Part shown: piece by piece, positions 20,006 to 22,703 of the stretch | Layout of the letters: the number at the start of each line of letters is the position of its first letter | Numbering within the stretch: the first letter of the stretch is position 1 | Source of the DNA: Campylobacterota bacterium | Lineage (GTDB): Bacteria; Campylobacterota; Campylobacteria; Campylobacterales; Sulfurovaceae | Direction of reading: 5' to 3' | DNA length: 22,703 nucleotides | Assembly: GCA_034722955.1 (NCBI GenBank) | Contig: JAYEOM010000022.1 | Coordinates: 1-22,703, forward strand | The notes under the pieces: generated by a model | The model's input: only the letters and a program-made list of their open reading frames with translations | Told to the model about the DNA's origin: nothing | Database searches by the model: none | Made by a program: the position numbers and the translations under genes

Positions 20006-20155
20006 AGGAGTTGTACAAAAAACAAATATACTCAAATGACACAGGAATTTTGCCTCTAGTTGGATTGTCTCAAGAGGAGCATAGTGGTTCTGAGACTATT
20101 CAAATAGGAACAAAAGAACAAGTCAGATGGGTATATTTGTTTTTGGGAGACTCCT
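20006..20155 (+). other. ~150-nt long imperfect hairpin (candidate ncRNA or miniature palindromic element)
   Basis: AGGAGT/ACTCCT; 14-bp perfect AAAAACAAATATAC/GTATATTTGTTTTT; TGAC/GTCA; GTCTCA/TGAGAC. Confidence 0.6.
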
Positions 20156-20198
20156 TAAACAATCATAAGCTATAATCAACAAAAAATAGGTAAACATA

Positions 20199-21359
20199 AT
20201 GGAAAAGTTACTTTCAGAAAACAACAGTGAGTATATACAGTTTATTCTAGACTCACAAGAGAATATTTTGCTTCTTACAAATGGACATGAGCTAAAAAAG
20301 GCAAACCAGGCAATGTTAGATTTTTTGGGATTTGAAACAATAGATTATTTTCGTCATAAACATGAGTGTATTTGTGATTTTTTTATCGAAGAGGATGGCT
20401 ATTTAAAAAAAAGGATGAATGGAGTTCTCTGGATAGATAGCATGTTAAATGATCAAGAGAATACTCCAAATATTGCCAAGATAAAGGGAATGGATGGCAA
20501 AATTCATCTCTTTAGAGTAAATATCAATGAAAAACAAGCAGATGAAAACTTCTACTCCATTACTCTGACAGATACTACTGAAATAGAGACATACAAGAGT
20601 GAGCTTCAAGAGAAGATTAAAAAAATAAGAGAGAAGCAGCAGATATTGATCCAAAATAGCAAAATGGCATCAATGGGAGAGATGATAGCCAACATAGCAC
20701 ACCAGTGGAGACAACCACTCAACTCACTCTCAGCACTGCATACAGTTTTGATGATGGACTATGAGGATAGTGGGAGACTTACACACGAGGAGCTAACTCA
20801 GTTCAAAGAGGAGTCAAGTCAGTATATCCACAAGATGAGTAGTACCATAGATGACTTTAGAAATTTTTTCTCTCCTACCAAAGAGAAGGAGCAGTTTGTA
20901 GTCTTAGATGCTATAAAGGAGTCTATAAAGTTCGTTAAAGACTCTTACCTAGATAGCGGTGTTGAGCTAATAGACAGAACTCAAGATAGAGATACCCAAA
21001 TGTGTAGCTACAAAAATGAGCTGATGCAGGTGATCATGATCTTGCTCAACAACTCAAGAGATGCTGTTACAGGAAACAATATAGAAAATCCACAAGTTAT
21101 CGTATATATTCTTGAGAATGATGGAGAGATAAAGATATGTATCAAAGATAACGGCGGGGGCATAGATGATGAGATCATGGATAGAATATTTGAGCCTTAC
21201 TTTACGACAAAATTTAAAAGTGACGGAACAGGAGTGGGGCTCTATATGTCCAAGATGATCATAGAGGACTCCATAGGAGGAGAGCTGGTGCTTGAAAATG
21301 ATGATGATGGAGTTTTAGCAACCTTGATTCTATCTCTATATAATAGTAGTATAGTATAG
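20199..21359 (+). CDS. Cytoplasmic sensor histidine kinase (PAS-like + HisKA + HATPase)
   Basis: IAHQWRQPL H-box, LLNNSRDA, DNGGGI, FEPYFTTK and GTGVGLY motifs; no transmembrane segment. Confidence 0.94.
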   Translation: MEKLLSENNSEYIQFILDSQENILLLTNGHELKKANQAMLDFLGFETIDYFRHKHECICDFFIEEDGYLKKRMNGVLWIDSMLNDQENTPNIAKIKGMDGKIHLFRVNINEKQADENFYSITLTDTTEIETYKSELQEKIKKIREKQQILIQNSKMASMGEMIANIAHQWRQPLNSLSALHTVLMMDYEDSGRLTHEELTQFKEESSQYIHKMSSTIDDFRNFFSPTKEKEQFVVLDAIKESIKFVKDSYLDSGVELIDRTQDRDTQMCSYKNELMQVIMILLNNSRDAVTGNNIENPQVIVYILENDGEIKICIKDNGGGIDDEIMDRIFEPYFTTKFKSDGTGVGLYMSKMIIEDSIGGELVLENDDDGVLATLILSLYNSSIV

Positions 21360-21428
21360 TTATAGTGTATTTTTAACGCCTCGTAGAGATAAAAATTATA
21401 TGATATTATAATAGGAAAGGAGTTCATT

Positions 21429-21671
21429 ATGATGCAACTATCAATACAAGAACCAAAGATAGAACAATTTTTTAATCACTCTAAAGATGAGATTATTAAA
21501 GCATTGAAATTTATTGTTGATAATAATATCAAAGATTTTGATGCCATTAAAAGTAATTTAGAACTTTCAATTGAGCAAAAAAAAGAATTAGATGTAAGAA
21601 TAAAATCATTTCACAATAACCCATTAATGGGGCGTTCTTGGAGTGAAATTAAGGTTAGAGTGGCCTGGTGA
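21429..21671 (+). CDS. Putative addiction-module antitoxin component
   Basis: C-terminal ELSIEQKKELDVRI...NPLMGRSWSEIK resembles the TIGR02574-type pattern (LTxxQKxELDxR...W.E.K); TATAAT and AAGGAG upstream. Confidence 0.7.
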   Translation: MMQLSIQEPKIEQFFNHSKDEIIKALKFIVDNNIKDFDAIKSNLELSIEQKKELDVRIKSFHNNPLMGRSWSEIKVRVAW

Positions 21672-21714
21672 TCGTATCTAGCTCTATGATCACGATCACC
21701 AGACCCCTTTGCCT
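21652..21714. repeat. REP-like palindrome built from two inverted AGGGGTCWGGTGAT motifs
   Basis: Perfect 11-bp stem CTGGTGATCGT (21665-21675) / ACGATCACCAG (21692-21702); reverse complement of 21695-21710 is AAAGGGGTCTGGTGAT, a 15/16 match to 22544-22559. Confidence 0.75.
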
Positions 21715-21773
21715 CCAATCTCCACTTTTATCACTCTTGATAATCATAGAAATAGCCGACTTAGACAAGCTCT

Positions 21774-22460
21774 CTACTTCAAATGTTTCTTCAACTCATC
21801 TATTGATATATTCAACTCTTTAGCTACATCTTCTACAGATAACTTGAATTTATTTATCATTGTAATAGCTGTTGTTATCATTCCTTGTGATATACCTCTC
21901 TCTTCCCCTCGCTCCAGAGCAATCTTATACCCTGGTAGCTCTTCTATCTTCATATCTCTTAGCATTCTCTCTACCTCCTCTAAGGTGTTTTGTAAGTTTC
22001 TGTTTGTTGATAGCTCTTCTAGGGCTAGCATATATTTACCTAACTTATGGTTATTATCTTTTGTCAACTCTCTCAATCTTGTGATGATGTAGGTTATAAC
22101 ATCTTTTTCATCTCTATCTTTAAAGTCACATAGTATAGCTAGTACTAGTGCATCAGGGCTATCCATAGAGAGAAACTTTTCACAGTCTATCGTATGCATA
22201 TCTACAATATTATAGCTAAATGAGAGATTTGTTTCAACTATCTTTTTTTTCATTGATAGTTTTGGTCTCCCTATGTATACTACGAATTGATGTACAGGTA
22301 GCTTATCAAATCTCTGTTTTATATCTGTATAGTATCTAAGCATTCTATGGTGCATAGTTTTATCGTTATCATTTTGTATCTCTAAGTGTAGTATAGCTTT
22401 TATACCATTTATGGTTCCTTCTAAAAAAGTGTGGGTAATCCAAAATCCGCTATAATGCAA
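21774..22460 (-). pseudogene. Rpn/YhgA-like PD-(D/E)XK protein, probably 5'-truncated
   Basis: ILHLEIQ...MHHRMLRYY...QFVVYIG and a C-terminal ERGEERG repeat; TTG start; the upstream 'D' motif region that normally precedes HLEIQ is missing. Confidence 0.6.
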
Positions 22461-22486
22461 ATATCTCTCAATGGTAGGAAAATATG

Positions 22487-22622
22487 AGGTAGAGGGAGAG
22501 GTAGAGGGGTCAGGTAGAGCAGGTAAAGGTAAAGGGGTCAGGTAAAGGGGTCAGGTGATGCCAATGCTACTATAATCTACAGAAGTAGAGGGGTCAGGTG
22601 ATGCCAATGCTACTATAATCTA
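22487..22622 (+). repeat. G-rich short repeat cluster upstream of the RAYT-like gene
   Basis: AGGGGTCAGGT at 22505, 22533, 22546 and 22589; tandem GGTAAAGGGGTCA at 22528 and 22541; 34-bp direct repeat at 22546-22579 and 22589-22622. Confidence 0.9.
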
Positions 22623-22655
22623 AACTACGCTACAATCCTCACAAAGGATTAGCCG

Positions 22656-22703
22656 ATGCCAAGAAAACCACGCATAGAGATAGCAGGTTATTACCATATC
22701 ATC
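22656..22703 (+). mobile_element. 5' end of a probable REP-associated tyrosine transposase (Y1/HUH, IS200-like superfamily); runs off the window
   Basis: RBS AAAGGA then MPRKPRIEIAGYYHII, matching the typical MPRxxR...GxYHI N-terminus; only 16 codons are visible. Confidence 0.72.

Noticed and set aside
9829..22092. Antisense ORFs such as 10032-10568, 13774-14079, 16735-17013 and 21709-22092
   Set aside because: They overlap real genes on the opposite strand and show no recognisable domains
22494..22593. Possible G-quadruplex from the GGGG runs
   Set aside because: Two of the loops between GGGG runs exceed 20 nt; the repeat-motif explanation is sufficient
22546..22622. 34-bp direct repeat as a CRISPR array
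   Set aside because: Only two copies, a 9-nt gap instead of a spacer-length sequence, and no cas genes in view

Overview
Chromosomal window from a bacterium that most resembles Campylobacterota (Sulfurovum/Sulfurimonas-like), judged from gene content and AT-rich gnTAnAAT promoters. The left half holds a glgA-glgB-malQ glycogen operon, a minus-strand tRNA-Gln/fMet/fMet cluster with a perfect sigma70 promoter, ribB(A) with a degenerate cyclohydrolase domain, acs and a family-4 UDG. The middle holds a secreted caspase-like protein, an unannotated 51-aa lysine-rich ORF, sixA, a macro-domain gene that appears to have been inserted into a palindrome, a SOR-like protein, and a cytoplasmic E-type succinate dehydrogenase/fumarate reductase (A/B/CCG subunits) preceded by a cysteine-stripped SdhB+SdhE paralog fusion. 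The right part holds thiL, a receiver plus HTH-less LysR pair divergent from a histidine kinase with a ~150-nt hairpin between them, and an accessory end. That end contains an orphan antitoxin, a 5'-truncated Rpn-like gene, AGGGGTCWGGT motif repeats and palindromes, and the first 16 codons of a probable REP-associated tyrosine (HUH/Y1) transposase. All calls come from motif recognition by eye; no database searches or folding computations were run.
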